From: an uncultured Bacilli bacterium
Lineage (GTDB): Bacteria > Bacillota_I > Bacilli_A > RFN20 > CAG-826
Assembly (NCBI GenBank): GCA_944363525.1
Contig: CALVUF010000007.1
Location: 29,402 to 93,401 of the forward strand
DNA length: 64,000 bases
Reading direction: 5' to 3'
In this document: in pieces, positions 9,282-20,069 of the stretch
How positions within the stretch are numbered: position 1 is the first letter of the stretch
How the letters are laid out: the number at the start of each line of letters is the position of its first letter
Translations under genes and position numbers: made by a program
The notes under the pieces: model-generated
Seen by the model: the letters and a program-made list of their open reading frames with translations, nothing else
What the model was told of the DNA's origin: nothing
The model's database searches: none

Positions 9282-10577
9282 CTACTTTGGCAACGTTTGA
9301 ACGTCATCCGCCGCATTTAATTCTTTTTGGTTATTAACTTTGATTGAAGTGAGTAGATTCAGGAATTTTTGCGATTGCTCGTCTATGGAGAAGCATGTTT
9401 TAGCGGTTTCGAATTGACGTTGATACACTTTCGGGTCTTCTTTGCCGTTAAGTATATTGCTTATAAGTTTTTCCAGGTCCTCTTTCGAATCAGCAATGTA
9501 GCAAGACGACGTTTCCTCAAAAAATGAAATGCATCCGGAGTTCTTATTTCCATAGGCTATGACTGGTTTTCCGAATGCCAGCGAATCCCCAACTTTAGTT
9601 GATAAAGAGTATTCGGTATAGGGGAGATATTTATCGCTTAAGCTTTCTACGATCAATAGCGCACCGGCTTGTTCCATTGTTTTTAATACTTTCGCATAAG
9701 GAATAGCGGGGTGGAGACACAAGTTTCCAGTTTGGTCTTCTTTGCTAATATCTTTTGAATAAATATGGACTTTTATAGGACTGTTTAGATTTCCCAGGAT
9801 ATTGGCAACGTCTTTAAGTGAATCCAGTCTTCCGGCTTCAAGGTTTCCAAAGAAATACCAATCTTTAGTTAAATCAATGCCTTGGCACGGCTTTGGCTTG
9901 ATGTCAGAGGATATGTATATAACGGTACTGGGGCATTGGTATTTCTCTTGATACTTCATTTGTATCTTATTCGATTCAAAGATAAGGATTGGGTTGGTGT
10001 CCATGAACTTATCAACCGTTTGAAGATACTTTTTCATATAGAGTCTATTAAGCCATTGCCCTTTATGGTGCTCGCTGAAAACGTAGTCATCGTATACACA
10101 GCCGATTAGGGGAATCTGGTACTTTCTGGAGAAATGCAAAGCTATATCAAAAACAAAGAAATCAGGCGAAAAAACCATAAAAACATAGTCTGGTTTTAAA
10201 TCATCCACAAACTTTTCCAATTCTGGCGTATCCCAATACTTTTTGCGCCAAATCAATTTTCTAAGAAATCTATATAATGGTGTTTTATGTTTTGGCCTGT
10301 ATGTATTTATTGAGTTTTCGGCGCTGTCCGGCAAATCCTCCCATTTGAATGTTTGCCCGGTTTTAATGCTTCTCTTGAATCTTTTCTTCACCAACCGGAA
10401 ATCCGTGATTTGGAACAGGGTTGCGCAGTTTCCTTTTGAAGGGGTTCTGGCGTCTGAAAAGATCTGCGCCAAATTCTCCTTGTCAAATTGATGGAAATAC
10501 GAATCCATGGAACGAGATTGCTCGTTCTTGTTGTATGGCTGTGGGGCGACGATGAGTATTTTGGGCTTATTTTGCAT
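9282..10577 (-). CDS. Putative GT-B glycosyltransferase
   Basis: C-terminal LLIVES...YSLSTKVGDSLAFGKPVIAYG resembles a GT4-type donor-binding segment; polysaccharide locus context. Confidence 0.7.
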   Translation of the reverse strand: MQNKPKILIVAPQPYNKNEQSRSMDSYFHQFDKENLAQIFSDARTPSKGNCATLFQITDFRLVKKRFKRSIKTGQTFKWEDLPDSAENSINTYRPKHKTPLYRFLRKLIWRKKYWDTPELEKFVDDLKPDYVFMVFSPDFFVFDIALHFSRKYQIPLIGCVYDDYVFSEHHKGQWLNRLYMKKYLQTVDKFMDTNPILIFESNKIQMKYQEKYQCPSTVIYISSDIKPKPCQGIDLTKDWYFFGNLEAGRLDSLKDVANILGNLNSPIKVHIYSKDISKEDQTGNLCLHPAIPYAKVLKTMEQAGALLIVESLSDKYLPYTEYSLSTKVGDSLAFGKPVIAYGNKNSGCISFFEETSSCYIADSKEDLEKLISNILNGKEDPKVYQRQFETAKTCFSIDEQSQKFLNLLTSIKVNNQKELNAADDVQTLPK

Positions 10578-10630
10578 TTTCTTTCTTTGATTTTGACTTT
10601 TGGTGACTTGCTTTTATTAGTATAATAAAA

Positions 10631-11161
10631 ATGATGGTTTTACGAGACAAAATTCAAGGATTAAGGAATAAACCTGTAAGTTTGTCAAAACTTGCAGGAA
10701 AAGGAATTAAGCGTTTTTCGACGGTGCTTGCTGTGCTTTGCGTTGCGATCCTTGTTGTTTCTTTTGCAACGATGTTTAATTCGGTTGATGTTAGTTTTGG
10801 CAACGTTGGCATTGTTGGCACTTATGTCGCTTATATTAACGATGAGCGCTATCGTTCCGTTTCTTTCCATTCCAACAATGTTTGCTATATAACTAACTAC
10901 GCCGATATGGACGGGAATGTTTTTCCGGAGCCAACGACTGTTGGGCGGAGATGGAGACTTGCGTATGAGTCCAAGTTCTTCTCCTACCAATCAGATTTTT
11001 ACGTTACTTCGCCTTTTGTTGTTGCGTTAAATACTTTGGATGCTCCGGACGGCAGCGCAAGCATTGAGACCTTTTTCTTTATAAAGGACACCCCTTCATT
11101 GTACTCGCGCCCAACCGACTACGACCGTCCAGAAAAACAATTTAGGTACGCTAAGCAATGA
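10631..11161 (+). CDS. Hypothetical membrane-anchored protein
   Basis: 176-aa ORF with one hydrophobic helix; overlaps the next gene by 4 nt (ATGA). Confidence 0.6.
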   Translation: MMVLRDKIQGLRNKPVSLSKLAGKGIKRFSTVLAVLCVAILVVSFATMFNSVDVSFGNVGIVGTYVAYINDERYRSVSFHSNNVCYITNYADMDGNVFPEPTTVGRRWRLAYESKFFSYQSDFYVTSPFVVALNTLDAPDGSASIETFFFIKDTPSLYSRPTDYDRPEKQFRYAKQ

Positions 11162-12399
11162 CCATTTTGAAAAAAATAAATAAGGTTTCTGTAAGTTGTG
11201 CTCTTTATTATTTAGGAATTTTTGTTATTGGCCTGGGGTGTACAAACCTCTTTTCACTCCAAGGCTACTTGCTTCTAGTCGGGACTGTTATAGTGGCCGC
11301 TTCTGCTATTTTGGATGGCGGTTTGCAATTTAACCGAAAATATATCGTACTCGTTTTATTTTGCATTTCCTTTTTCGCATTCAGTTTTATTTCTGGCGAA
11401 GACCGAACGGTTAGAAACCTTCTCTACAACTTTTGTTACTATGTCTTTATGCCGGTTGTTTTATCTGCTGTCTTTTTTCAAAGATCGCACGATAGAAACG
11501 CAAAAAAGGCGACAATTTGGTCGATAGCTAGTGGCTTCGCTATTGGAGGTTGGCTTTTAATCGTTTCTACTTATTTATATGCTGGGAATGATTTTGACAG
11601 CGTTATCGTAAGTTTTTGGGATAATCACAGTATTTCAAGGACCGGTATTCAATTATATTTTGTTCCTCTGTTCGCTTTGTCGTTTTCTTGGTTCTTGAAT
11701 GTCAAGCGTTGTAATGGCCTACGATACTGGTTCGTTTTTGTTGCACTTATGCTATATGATGCATTTGTATTTTATTATTCGCTTGAAATCGGTAATCGTG
11801 CGATTTTTGTGTCGATCGCTGCCGTAATTGTTTTCTTTTTCCTGCTATTGGTTTCAAAGCTCCGCAGCAACAAAATTAAACTTGCCATTATTGTTATTTG
11901 CATTTTGATGATCCTCTTGATTGTCGGAATGACGCTAGGCATTTTGCCGATGCCTGATTTTTTAGCGAATATACCTGTGATAAAAAGATTTTTGGCAGGG
12001 GGATCTAATAGTCAACGGGTCAAGCTATATATGCAGTTCTTTGCCAATTTTTGGAGGTATCCTTTTGGCGGAACATATCATGTGATTGAAGACAGATATG
12101 TTCATAATTTTATTTTGGACATATATACTTTCGGTGGCATTATACCTTTCGCCTTGTTTCTTATTCTGCTTGTTTGGTATCTGTGTGGGCTTAAGTCCGC
12201 TGAAGCAAAATACACACTAGGTTATGACGGGCTTTTCCTATTTGTTGGCATTTTTACTATCGGCATGTTTGAGCCGCTTTTTGAAGCTAATGCATTTTAC
12301 ATTCCTATAGTTTGTTTGTTGTTTGAAGACATTTTTGCTCTCACCAAAGAACCCGTGAGTGTTCGTTCTATAAAAATCAAACGAAGCTATCGAATATAA
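11158..12399 (+). CDS. Putative polysaccharide polymerase (Wzy/O-antigen ligase-like)
   Basis: About 11-12 hydrophobic segments; SNSQR...PFGG...HNFILD pattern; located among glycosyltransferases. Confidence 0.75.
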   Translation: MTILKKINKVSVSCALYYLGIFVIGLGCTNLFSLQGYLLLVGTVIVAASAILDGGLQFNRKYIVLVLFCISFFAFSFISGEDRTVRNLLYNFCYYVFMPVVLSAVFFQRSHDRNAKKATIWSIASGFAIGGWLLIVSTYLYAGNDFDSVIVSFWDNHSISRTGIQLYFVPLFALSFSWFLNVKRCNGLRYWFVFVALMLYDAFVFYYSLEIGNRAIFVSIAAVIVFFFLLLVSKLRSNKIKLAIIVICILMILLIVGMTLGILPMPDFLANIPVIKRFLAGGSNSQRVKLYMQFFANFWRYPFGGTYHVIEDRYVHNFILDIYTFGGIIPFALFLILLVWYLCGLKSAEAKYTLGYDGLFLFVGIFTIGMFEPLFEANAFYIPIVCLLFEDIFALTKEPVSVRSIKIKRSYRI

Positions 12400-12417
12400 T
12401 TTAATTGGAGAAATTTA

Positions 12418-13551
12418 ATGCTTGTAATCTTGGTGACGAACAGCGTTCTTATTCATCAGTATTTTCTTTGCAAAGCCCTTGCAGAAGAACCAGACATTGA
12501 TTTTAAATTGATTGTTTCAGAGCCTCCAGCCAATTTGAATAATCAAAAGGCCAGACTTTTTGGTAATTCCTTGAATTTTAATTTTGATATTATTCGTTCG
12601 TATGATAGCAATGTCGAAAGAACTCGTGCGATAGAACTTATAAAGCAAGCCGATATATGTATCGTCGGCGCCGAAGATCACTCGTTGCTAAAGGGCGTTA
12701 AGCGCCCCTTTTTCCGTTATAGCGAACACTTCAATAAAAAGAACCACTGGTACTTGCATCCTAAAACATTTTTAAGGTCCCCTAAGATTTATTGCAGATA
12801 CCATAACGAGCAACAAGGCTCATATCTTCTATGCGCTTCCTACTACGCTAAACGTGATTTTAATTTGTGCGGTCTTTACCGTAATCATTGCCTTAAGTTT
12901 GGGTATTTTCCCCAAGGGAATATCGGGAATCATTTGCCTAGCAAAAAGTTCCCGATCAACAAACTGGACGAGCTTAAGATTGTCTTTGTGGGCCGGTCAA
13001 TCAATTGGAAACATCCAGATATTTCTTTTTATGCTTTAAGGAAGTTACGGTCACAAGGCGTTAATTGCACTTTGACTTTTGTGTCGCTTCCATCGAAACT
13101 TCGGGAACGGATTTTCAATAAGTATAAGCAGGAAATAGATGATGGATTGGTTAAGATATATGACGAACTTCCACCCAAAGACATTATGTCTATTTTCGCC
13201 GAGTCTCATCTGTTTATCTTCTCCAGTGATCAAGGCGAAGGATTTGGCGCCACGCTTTATGAGGCCATGACATCTAAGGTTGCCGTTATTGCCAACGCTA
13301 AAGCTGGCGCCACTAACCTTTTGGTAAAAGATGGAGAGAATGGCTTTGTTTATAAAACCAAGAGGCAGCTAGACAGGATTTTGGATAATATTGCCAAGAA
13401 TCCTTCAATGTTAGAGAAAGTGGCCAGTGGGGCAAAGAAGTTCACCGAAGAGAAATATAACGCCAAGGTTGCGGCTCATAATTTAGTTGAGTTCGTCAAG
13501 TCGGGGTATACCAAATCCTTCCCCGATGACGAACCGATTTCGAAACTTTGA
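12418..13551 (+). CDS. Glycosyltransferase family 4
   Basis: FVGR..WKH, EGFGATLYEAM (EX7E) and DGENGF motifs. Confidence 0.88.
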   Translation: MLVILVTNSVLIHQYFLCKALAEEPDIDFKLIVSEPPANLNNQKARLFGNSLNFNFDIIRSYDSNVERTRAIELIKQADICIVGAEDHSLLKGVKRPFFRYSEHFNKKNHWYLHPKTFLRSPKIYCRYHNEQQGSYLLCASYYAKRDFNLCGLYRNHCLKFGYFPQGNIGNHLPSKKFPINKLDELKIVFVGRSINWKHPDISFYALRKLRSQGVNCTLTFVSLPSKLRERIFNKYKQEIDDGLVKIYDELPPKDIMSIFAESHLFIFSSDQGEGFGATLYEAMTSKVAVIANAKAGATNLLVKDGENGFVYKTKRQLDRILDNIAKNPSMLEKVASGAKKFTEEKYNAKVAAHNLVEFVKSGYTKSFPDDEPISKL

Positions 13552-13553
13552 TT

Positions 13554-14732
13554 ATGAAAACAATTATTCAATTTAATGGAACTTTATTTGGATCGACCGG
13601 AGCGATCTTAAAGAACATAGCAAACGGTCTTTCGGCCGAATTCCGTTTTTATGACGTGACTCCCGATTCAACGTCCGAGCACGGGTTTTGCTTAACCGGG
13701 TCGTATTTGGGCCGCCAATGGCAAAAAGTGCTTTGCCAGATAAATGGAAGCGATGGTTTCCACTCAAAATTAACGACCAAATCCCTTCTGAGATGGCTAG
13801 ATGAAATAAAGCCGGACCTCTTTCATTTCCATAATATTCATGGCTATTACTGTAATCTGCCTCTGTTGGTTGGTTATGCAGTTAGTCATAAGATCCCAAT
13901 CGTTTATACGCTTCATGATGCCTGGACCTTTACTGGCCGCTGCGGATATTTTGATGTCGCCCACTGCGACAAATGGCTATTTGGATGCGGGCATTGCCCG
14001 GCCAAATGGCAATATCCCAAGGCTCGTTTATTCGATACCTCGGCCAAGCAATGGAAACTGAAAAGGGAAATCCTTACCGGTAAAGGCATTACTTTCATTG
14101 CCCCTTCTGAGTGGCTGGCCCGTTTCGCTAAGCAGTCCTATTTAGTCGATGAAGACATCCGGGTCATAAACAATGGTATCGATACCGGTATATTCAACGC
14201 CGATGGCGATTCCTATAAATTCGGTGAAGGGATGGACGATAAAAAGATCATCCTTTCGGTTGCCTACCCATTCGGTCCCAATAAAGGCTTGAATGACCTG
14301 AACGCCTTGCAAGGAAAGATCGACACTTCCAAGTACCAAATCGTGGCTGTTGGCGTTACCAATGAGGATAAGACAGTTCCTGGTATTCGCCGCATTGCCC
14401 CGACTAAAGATAAAAGCCTATTGGCTTCTTTATATCGTCGGGCAGACGCTTTTGCTTTCTTCACCCATCAGGACAATTACCCGACGGTGCTATTGGAGGC
14501 TTTATCCTGTGGTTGCCCAGTCATCACTTATGATGTTGGTGGATGCGGGGAAATAGTCGAAGACGGGCGGACTGGTTATCTAATTAAGGAAAACGATATT
14601 GACGGGGCGCTTAAGGCTTTAGACAAGATTGATTCGATCGATCGAAAAACCTGCCGGGAAGAGGGGCAAAATCACTCGATACCGGCGTTCGTGGAAGAAT
14701 ATCGGAAACTTTACGAAGAAAAGCTGAAGTGA
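13554..14732 (+). CDS. Glycosyltransferase family 4 (WcaC-like)
   Basis: HFHNIHG, TLHDAWTFTGRC...C..GC..CP Cys cluster, DNYPTVLLEALSCGCPV. Confidence 0.88.
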   Translation: MKTIIQFNGTLFGSTGAILKNIANGLSAEFRFYDVTPDSTSEHGFCLTGSYLGRQWQKVLCQINGSDGFHSKLTTKSLLRWLDEIKPDLFHFHNIHGYYCNLPLLVGYAVSHKIPIVYTLHDAWTFTGRCGYFDVAHCDKWLFGCGHCPAKWQYPKARLFDTSAKQWKLKREILTGKGITFIAPSEWLARFAKQSYLVDEDIRVINNGIDTGIFNADGDSYKFGEGMDDKKIILSVAYPFGPNKGLNDLNALQGKIDTSKYQIVAVGVTNEDKTVPGIRRIAPTKDKSLLASLYRRADAFAFFTHQDNYPTVLLEALSCGCPVITYDVGGCGEIVEDGRTGYLIKENDIDGALKALDKIDSIDRKTCREEGQNHSIPAFVEEYRKLYEEKLK

Positions 14733-15860
14733 TTACTTTCGCCACGTCGTCATATTAACGATATTGGCATAGCTTTGGATGATTCGGACCACTCTAATCG
14801 AAGTATTGGTTACTTGGTAAGCCTCTGACAATGGCAAAGGCTCGTGGTTGTTATGCATAGCAATCGCTAGTTCAGTAGCTTTTAGCACGTCCTCTTTGTC
14901 GATGCCGCCAACGACGATTGATCCGGCGTCCAAACCTTCGGGGCGTTCGGTGGAGGTTCTGATCAAGACCCCGGGGAATTGCTCGATGGCTGACTCCTCG
15001 GTAAGCGTGCCGGAGTCAGATAAGACGCATAAGGCATTCTTCTCTAACTTAACGTATTCGAATAAGCCAAAGGGTTTGAGGTTTTGGACTAGGGGATGGA
15101 ACTTGAAGTTCCGTTTCTCAATGAATTTCCGGCTTCGTGGATGGGTGGAATAGATAACCGGGACTTGATACTTCTCGGCGATGGCATTGATGCTCTCCAT
15201 CAATTCGAAGAAGTTCTTCTCGATATCGATGTTCTCTTCCCGGTGGGCGGATACCACGATGTATTTGTTCTTTTCTAGCCCTAACTGTTCAAGGACGTTG
15301 CTGTTATCGATCTTATCCTGATATTTATCCAATACCTCTTTCATCGGGGAACCGGTGACAAAGATGGTTTTGCCATCGATCCCTTCTTGAAGCAAATACC
15401 TCCTCGCATTCTCGGTATAGGGCAAGTTGATGTCGGCGATATGGTCAACGATGGTCCGATTGGTCATCTCGGCCACGTTCCAATCCCAGCAACGATTGCC
15501 CGCTTCCATATGGAAGATGGGGGTCTTCAACCGTTTGGCGGCGATGGCCGAGAGGGCACTGTTGGTGTCGCCCAATACTAAGACGGCATCCGGTTTCTCC
15601 TGTTGGATTAAGGCATAGGATTTGGCGATGACGTTGCCCATGGTTTCACCAAGGGTTGAGCCAGCGCAGTCGAGGTAATAATCGGGGGCCCTTAAGCCAA
15701 GTTCATCGAAGAAGACCTGGTTTAACTCATAGTCATAGTTCTGACCGGTATGGACCAGGATATGATCAAAGTACTTATCGCAGGCTTTGATGGTTTCGCA
15801 AAGACGGATGATCTCGGGTCTAGTGCCCAGAATCGTCATTAACTTCAGCTTATTGGCCAT
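14733..15860 (-). CDS. fnlC: UDP-sugar 2-epimerase FnlC (Cap5G/WbjD-type)
   Basis: GTRPEIIRL, HTGQNYD, LGDTNS, HMEAGNR, SDSGT and TERPEG motifs; third gene of the fnlABC cluster. Confidence 0.88.
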   Translation of the reverse strand: MANKLKLMTILGTRPEIIRLCETIKACDKYFDHILVHTGQNYDYELNQVFFDELGLRAPDYYLDCAGSTLGETMGNVIAKSYALIQQEKPDAVLVLGDTNSALSAIAAKRLKTPIFHMEAGNRCWDWNVAEMTNRTIVDHIADINLPYTENARRYLLQEGIDGKTIFVTGSPMKEVLDKYQDKIDNSNVLEQLGLEKNKYIVVSAHREENIDIEKNFFELMESINAIAEKYQVPVIYSTHPRSRKFIEKRNFKFHPLVQNLKPFGLFEYVKLEKNALCVLSDSGTLTEESAIEQFPGVLIRTSTERPEGLDAGSIVVGGIDKEDVLKATELAIAMHNNHEPLPLSEAYQVTNTSIRVVRIIQSYANIVNMTTWRK

Positions 15861-15866
15861 ATTGGT

Positions 15867-16976
15867 TTATACCTCCTCGTAGATGGTATCAGGTTTATTG
15901 GGGTCGAATAATTCCGAGGCCCACATAATGGTGACCGAATCCTCAGTCCCGATGTTGGTGATTGAATGGGTATAGCCACAGGGGATATCGACAACCATTA
16001 GGTTATCTCCCGAGCAGATATATTCGTATACCTTAGTATCACCGATTTTTCTAAACTTAATCGAGCAAGTCCCTTTGACGACTAAGAACTTCTCGTTCTT
16101 GGTATGGTGATAATGGTTGCCTTTGGTTATCCCGGGCTTGGATGCATTAACGCTTACTTGCCCATAGCCATCGGTCCGGTAAAACTCGGTGAATGATCCC
16201 CGGTAATCAACGTGGCTATTAAGCGGATAGGCAAAACCAGTTTCCTCCGGCAGGTAGGAAAGGTAGGTCGCATACAGTTTTTTAACGAACTCATCCCCTT
16301 GGCAGGGCAACATCAGGTTGGTCCGGGAGTCCTTAAACGATTGAATTAAATCCGCGATCTCCCCGATGGATTTGATATAGGATGGGGAAATCGAAAGAAT
16401 GGACTCGCTGCCGGATCCGTTGGATTCGATCAGTTTGACCAAGGTATCGCATATATCATCGATATAGATGAATTCCCTAGTTACCGAAGGATCGGTTACC
16501 TTAATTGGCAAATCGTGGGCGATGTTGTAGCAAAAGGTGGCCACTACCGAGTTGTAGTTCGGTCGGCACCATTTGCCGAACACATTCTGGAACCGATAGA
16601 CATAGACGGGATTGCCGGTTTCCTTTTGGAAGGAAAGAAGATAATCCTCAGCCATTTTCTTGGATTTGCCATAGTCATTGTCTAGGGTCGCTTGGGTGGA
16701 AGAAGCAAAAGCGATTGGCAGCTTTTTATTTGCTTTCCTGATCAATTCAATCAAGCGGTAAGTCAGATTGGCATTGCCGTCATAGAACTCTTTTGGATCC
16801 AAGGGGCGGTTTATCCCGGCGAGATGGATGCAAAAGTCGGCTTTAACAATGTAACCTTCCAATTGGTTTAGATTATCGATATCGATCGGCAAAACCTCAT
16901 ATTTGGCTTCCTTTAGACGGAGGCAGAGGTTCTTGCCGATGAAACCCTTCGACCCAGTGACGAGGATTTTATTCAT
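15867..16976 (-). CDS. fnlB: FnlB/CapF SDR reductase with C-terminal cupin
   Basis: TGSKGFIGKN, YGKSK, NVFGKWCRPNYNSVVATFC and KGNHYHHTKNEKF motifs. Confidence 0.92.
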   Translation of the reverse strand: MNKILVTGSKGFIGKNLCLRLKEAKYEVLPIDIDNLNQLEGYIVKADFCIHLAGINRPLDPKEFYDGNANLTYRLIELIRKANKKLPIAFASSTQATLDNDYGKSKKMAEDYLLSFQKETGNPVYVYRFQNVFGKWCRPNYNSVVATFCYNIAHDLPIKVTDPSVTREFIYIDDICDTLVKLIESNGSGSESILSISPSYIKSIGEIADLIQSFKDSRTNLMLPCQGDEFVKKLYATYLSYLPEETGFAYPLNSHVDYRGSFTEFYRTDGYGQVSVNASKPGITKGNHYHHTKNEKFLVVKGTCSIKFRKIGDTKVYEYICSGDNLMVVDIPCGYTHSITNIGTEDSVTIMWASELFDPNKPDTIYEEV

Positions 16977-17991
16977 GCTGCTTGACCGGCCCGCCGAAGA
17001 GTTCAAGCCGTTTGAGTAATTCCTTCATCCCCTCGACATCGAGGCGTCCGGTGTTATGGGAGGTATAGGAATCAGGGAGGACGGTCCGTTTCATCCCTTT
17101 CTCAACATATTTATCGTAGTTGAGGTCCCGGTTATCGGCATGGATGCAAAAGAAGTTGCCCATGTCTTCGGCCCGTAACATTTCTTCTTGGGTGACCAAG
17201 GTCTCATACAGTTTTTCCCCATGCCGGGTTCCGATGTATTCGATGCCGGTATGGGAGTTGGTCAGTTCGATGATGGCCTTGGCTAAAACATCGATGGTAG
17301 CCGCCGGGGCTTTCTGGACGAACAAATCACCTTGTTCGCCATGCTCAAAGGCATAGAGGACCAAATCGACCGCATCATCGAGGGTCATCATGAATCGGGT
17401 CATCTCGGGATTGGTGATGGTGATGGGCTTGTCTGCATGGATCTGTTGCAAGAATAGGGGAATGACCGATCCCCGGCTCGCCATGACGTTGCCATAACGG
17501 GTTAAGCAAAGGACGGTATCGCCTTCTAATAACTGCCTAGAACGGGCAACCACGTTCTTCTCCATCAAAGCCTTGGTCATGCCCATGGCATTGATCGGAT
17601 AGGCCGCCTTATCGGTCGAGAGGAAGATGGCTTTCTTAACGTGGTTTTGGACGCAGGCGGTGATGACGTTGTCAGAACCGATGACGTTCGTGCGGACCGC
17701 CTCCATGGGGTAGAACTCGCAGGAGGGGACTTGCTTTAAAGCTGCGGCCGAGAAGACGTAATCGACGCCGCGGAAGGCATAGTCGATGGAGGCGAGGTTG
17801 CGGACATCGCCGATATAGAATTTTAGTTTTTCGTTATCATAGGCCTTCCGCATGTCGTCTTGTTTCTTCTCGTCGCGGGAGAGGATGCGGATTTCCTTGA
17901 TGTCGGTATTGAGGAAACGATCGACCACGGCATGGCCGAAAGAGCCAGTGCCGCCGGTGATGAGGAGGACTTTGTCTTTGAGTATATTCAT
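16969..17991 (-). CDS. fnlA: UDP-GlcNAc 4,6-dehydratase/5-epimerase FnlA/CapE
   Basis: TGGTGSFG, SRDEKKQDDMR, AAALKQVPSCEFYP, STDKA.YPINAMG and RHGEKLYE motifs. Confidence 0.93.
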   Translation of the reverse strand: MNILKDKVLLITGGTGSFGHAVVDRFLNTDIKEIRILSRDEKKQDDMRKAYDNEKLKFYIGDVRNLASIDYAFRGVDYVFSAAALKQVPSCEFYPMEAVRTNVIGSDNVITACVQNHVKKAIFLSTDKAAYPINAMGMTKALMEKNVVARSRQLLEGDTVLCLTRYGNVMASRGSVIPLFLQQIHADKPITITNPEMTRFMMTLDDAVDLVLYAFEHGEQGDLFVQKAPAATIDVLAKAIIELTNSHTGIEYIGTRHGEKLYETLVTQEEMLRAEDMGNFFCIHADNRDLNYDKYVEKGMKRTVLPDSYTSHNTGRLDVEGMKELLKRLELFGGPVKQHE

Positions 17992-18090
17992 GTTGAGTTT
18001 GTTGCTCCTATTGGATTGGCGTTGATACTATACTCAATTATCAATCTAAAAGGAACATAAGGGGTTGGGCTAGCCTTGTTTAACCTAAAT

Positions 18091-19686
18091 TCAATGACGC
18101 GCTAGGCGTTTAAGGAAGCCGATGACTTTCTGCCGGTCCTGCTTCTCAATTCCAAAGAAGAGAGAGCATAACCCGTAGACCAAGACGACGAAGAAGGCGG
18201 AGATGAAGAAGAGGGCGATGTTCGGAAGCGGCAGGAAAAGGGTTAAGCATAGCCCGCCGGCACAGGTGAAGAGGAAAGGCAGTAAGTATGGCAAATAGAC
18301 CTTAAGGCAGAAGTTCTTGCTCGATACCCCAAGGTACTTGTTATAGAAAATATATTCGGCGACCGTGTCAATGAGCCGGGCGACGAATATTGAGACCGTC
18401 GCCCCGATCGATCCGTATAGCCAGGCAAAGAGGAAGCCTAACCCGACGTTGAGGATACCAACCAAAACCCTAGAGATTGCGCAGTATTTGATGCCTTTCT
18501 TTGAAGACATCAAGGCGGTATCTAATATGCAGGCTGGGACATAGGTTAACTGGTAAGAGGCGACTATCAAGATACCTAGATAGACATCTAAGTACTTGTC
18601 GGCCGGGATTTCAGTCGTGTCTAACCATAGCCTAAGGAATGGCAATCCGCAGGCGGTGAAGCCACAGAAGATAAGACCGATGAAGAACATCTGGATCCGG
18701 CCGATCCGAATAGCCAATCTTTCGATGGCGGCCGGGTCCTTGGTTGCTTCCTTGACTCGGAAGATCTTGGGCATGAAGAGTCCAGAGAAGACCCCGCCGA
18801 ACATATAGATATAGCCTTCCATCGTCGAGACAATGCCGAAGACGGCGATCTCGGTACTATTCGAGACGACCCCGAGGATGGAGGGCATGATGTTGAATAT
18901 CAATCGGGCCGCGATGGAGGCGACCGCGGCGAACAAGGAGTAGGAGATGATGTTTTTTAGGTAGGTCGAATCGCCTTTCTGCTTTAGATTGAACTTGATA
19001 TGTAGATGGAAATGGATATAGAGATAACGGACGAGGATGCCGGCTATACCGGTCAGGGCATTGGATAGGACTAAGCCATATATCCCCCAGCCGAGGATAA
19101 GCGATAACGCGGTGAATCCAACGTAGGAGACCTTAACCGCCAGGTCGACTGCCTTGAGGAAGATGAATTTCTCGTTGGAGTTGATGATCCCGGTCAAGAT
19201 GGTGGAAGGGAAGGAGATTAACGAGAAAGCCGCGACGATTAAGAAGACGCCTTTTAAGGTCTCTTTTTCGGTCACCGATAAGCCGGCGTACATATAATCG
19301 ATCAAGAAGAAAGCGGCCACGAAAATAACTAGGATAACCAGATCGATTAGAAGATATATCTTGGTTATGACACCAATGAACTTATCGGCGGCCGCCTCAT
19401 CGTGGGAAGCGCGGTATTTGGAAAGGAAGACGCTGGTGGTAGTGCTTAACCCGAAATCGATGAGGAAGAGGTTGATGATGCTGGTGGCTAAGGTATAGAC
19501 CCCATAATCAGAGGTGCCTAAAGTGGCGATGACCCAAGGGGTAAAGAATAGACCGAAGATGATGTTGATGCCCAAAGCCAAATAGCCAAGCAGCCCTCCC
19601 AATTTGATGTTGCGCCGGCTGTTCTTCTCGACCACTTCGTTATCGGTGGCCACCGTATCGATTTGTTCCTGCTGTTCTTCTGCCAA
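18091..19686 (-). CDS. Polysaccharide flippase (Wzx/MOP family)
   Basis: About 14 hydrophobic segments; TPWVIATLG..DYGVY...DFGL N-terminal pattern. Confidence 0.88.
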   Translation of the reverse strand: MAEEQQEQIDTVATDNEVVEKNSRRNIKLGGLLGYLALGINIIFGLFFTPWVIATLGTSDYGVYTLATSIINLFLIDFGLSTTTSVFLSKYRASHDEAAADKFIGVITKIYLLIDLVILVIFVAAFFLIDYMYAGLSVTEKETLKGVFLIVAAFSLISFPSTILTGIINSNEKFIFLKAVDLAVKVSYVGFTALSLILGWGIYGLVLSNALTGIAGILVRYLYIHFHLHIKFNLKQKGDSTYLKNIISYSLFAAVASIAARLIFNIMPSILGVVSNSTEIAVFGIVSTMEGYIYMFGGVFSGLFMPKIFRVKEATKDPAAIERLAIRIGRIQMFFIGLIFCGFTACGLPFLRLWLDTTEIPADKYLDVYLGILIVASYQLTYVPACILDTALMSSKKGIKYCAISRVLVGILNVGLGFLFAWLYGSIGATVSIFVARLIDTVAEYIFYNKYLGVSSKNFCLKVYLPYLLPFLFTCAGGLCLTLFLPLPNIALFFISAFFVVLVYGLCSLFFGIEKQDRQKVIGFLKRLARH

Positions 19687-19772
19687 CTTTTGTCTCCGGA
19701 TTAGAGCCTTTTTTAAAGACTGAAGGTGAGTTTATACACTTGTTGACCTTATGGCAATTGTTTGCTGGACGC

Positions 19773-19958
19773 TTATTCCTTGGGCCTGATGTTCAGGATC
19801 GCCCAATAGAAATAGCCTTTATCCAATAGATGCTCGGCGGTTTGCCTTTTGGCGTCATCTTTGTTTTGGGCGGTTACTTCCAATGATTCCGTCTTGGGTG
19901 TCCGGGTCATCTTATCCCGATACTCATAATCGACGGTCCAAACCATGGGGCTTTGCAT
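19773..19958 (-). CDS. Small hypothetical protein (61 aa)
   Basis: Protein-like composition; TACAAT -10 box 6 nt upstream of the ATG. Confidence 0.55.
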   Translation of the reverse strand: MQSPMVWTVDYEYRDKMTRTPKTESLEVTAQNKDDAKRQTAEHLLDKGYFYWAILNIRPKE

Positions 19959-20069
19959 GGCGTTATTGTACCGGTTTTCCGACCTTAATTGTCCCCAGAC
20001 TTCGTTTTAACGCACATTTGAAGAGTTCCCACTGCAAGGATAGCCATATGGCTATATAATTTCCTCGCT

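Noticed and set aside
9116-9320. Short ORFs between the convergent glycosyltransferases
   Set aside because: They overlap both real genes and have no SD or recognisable motif
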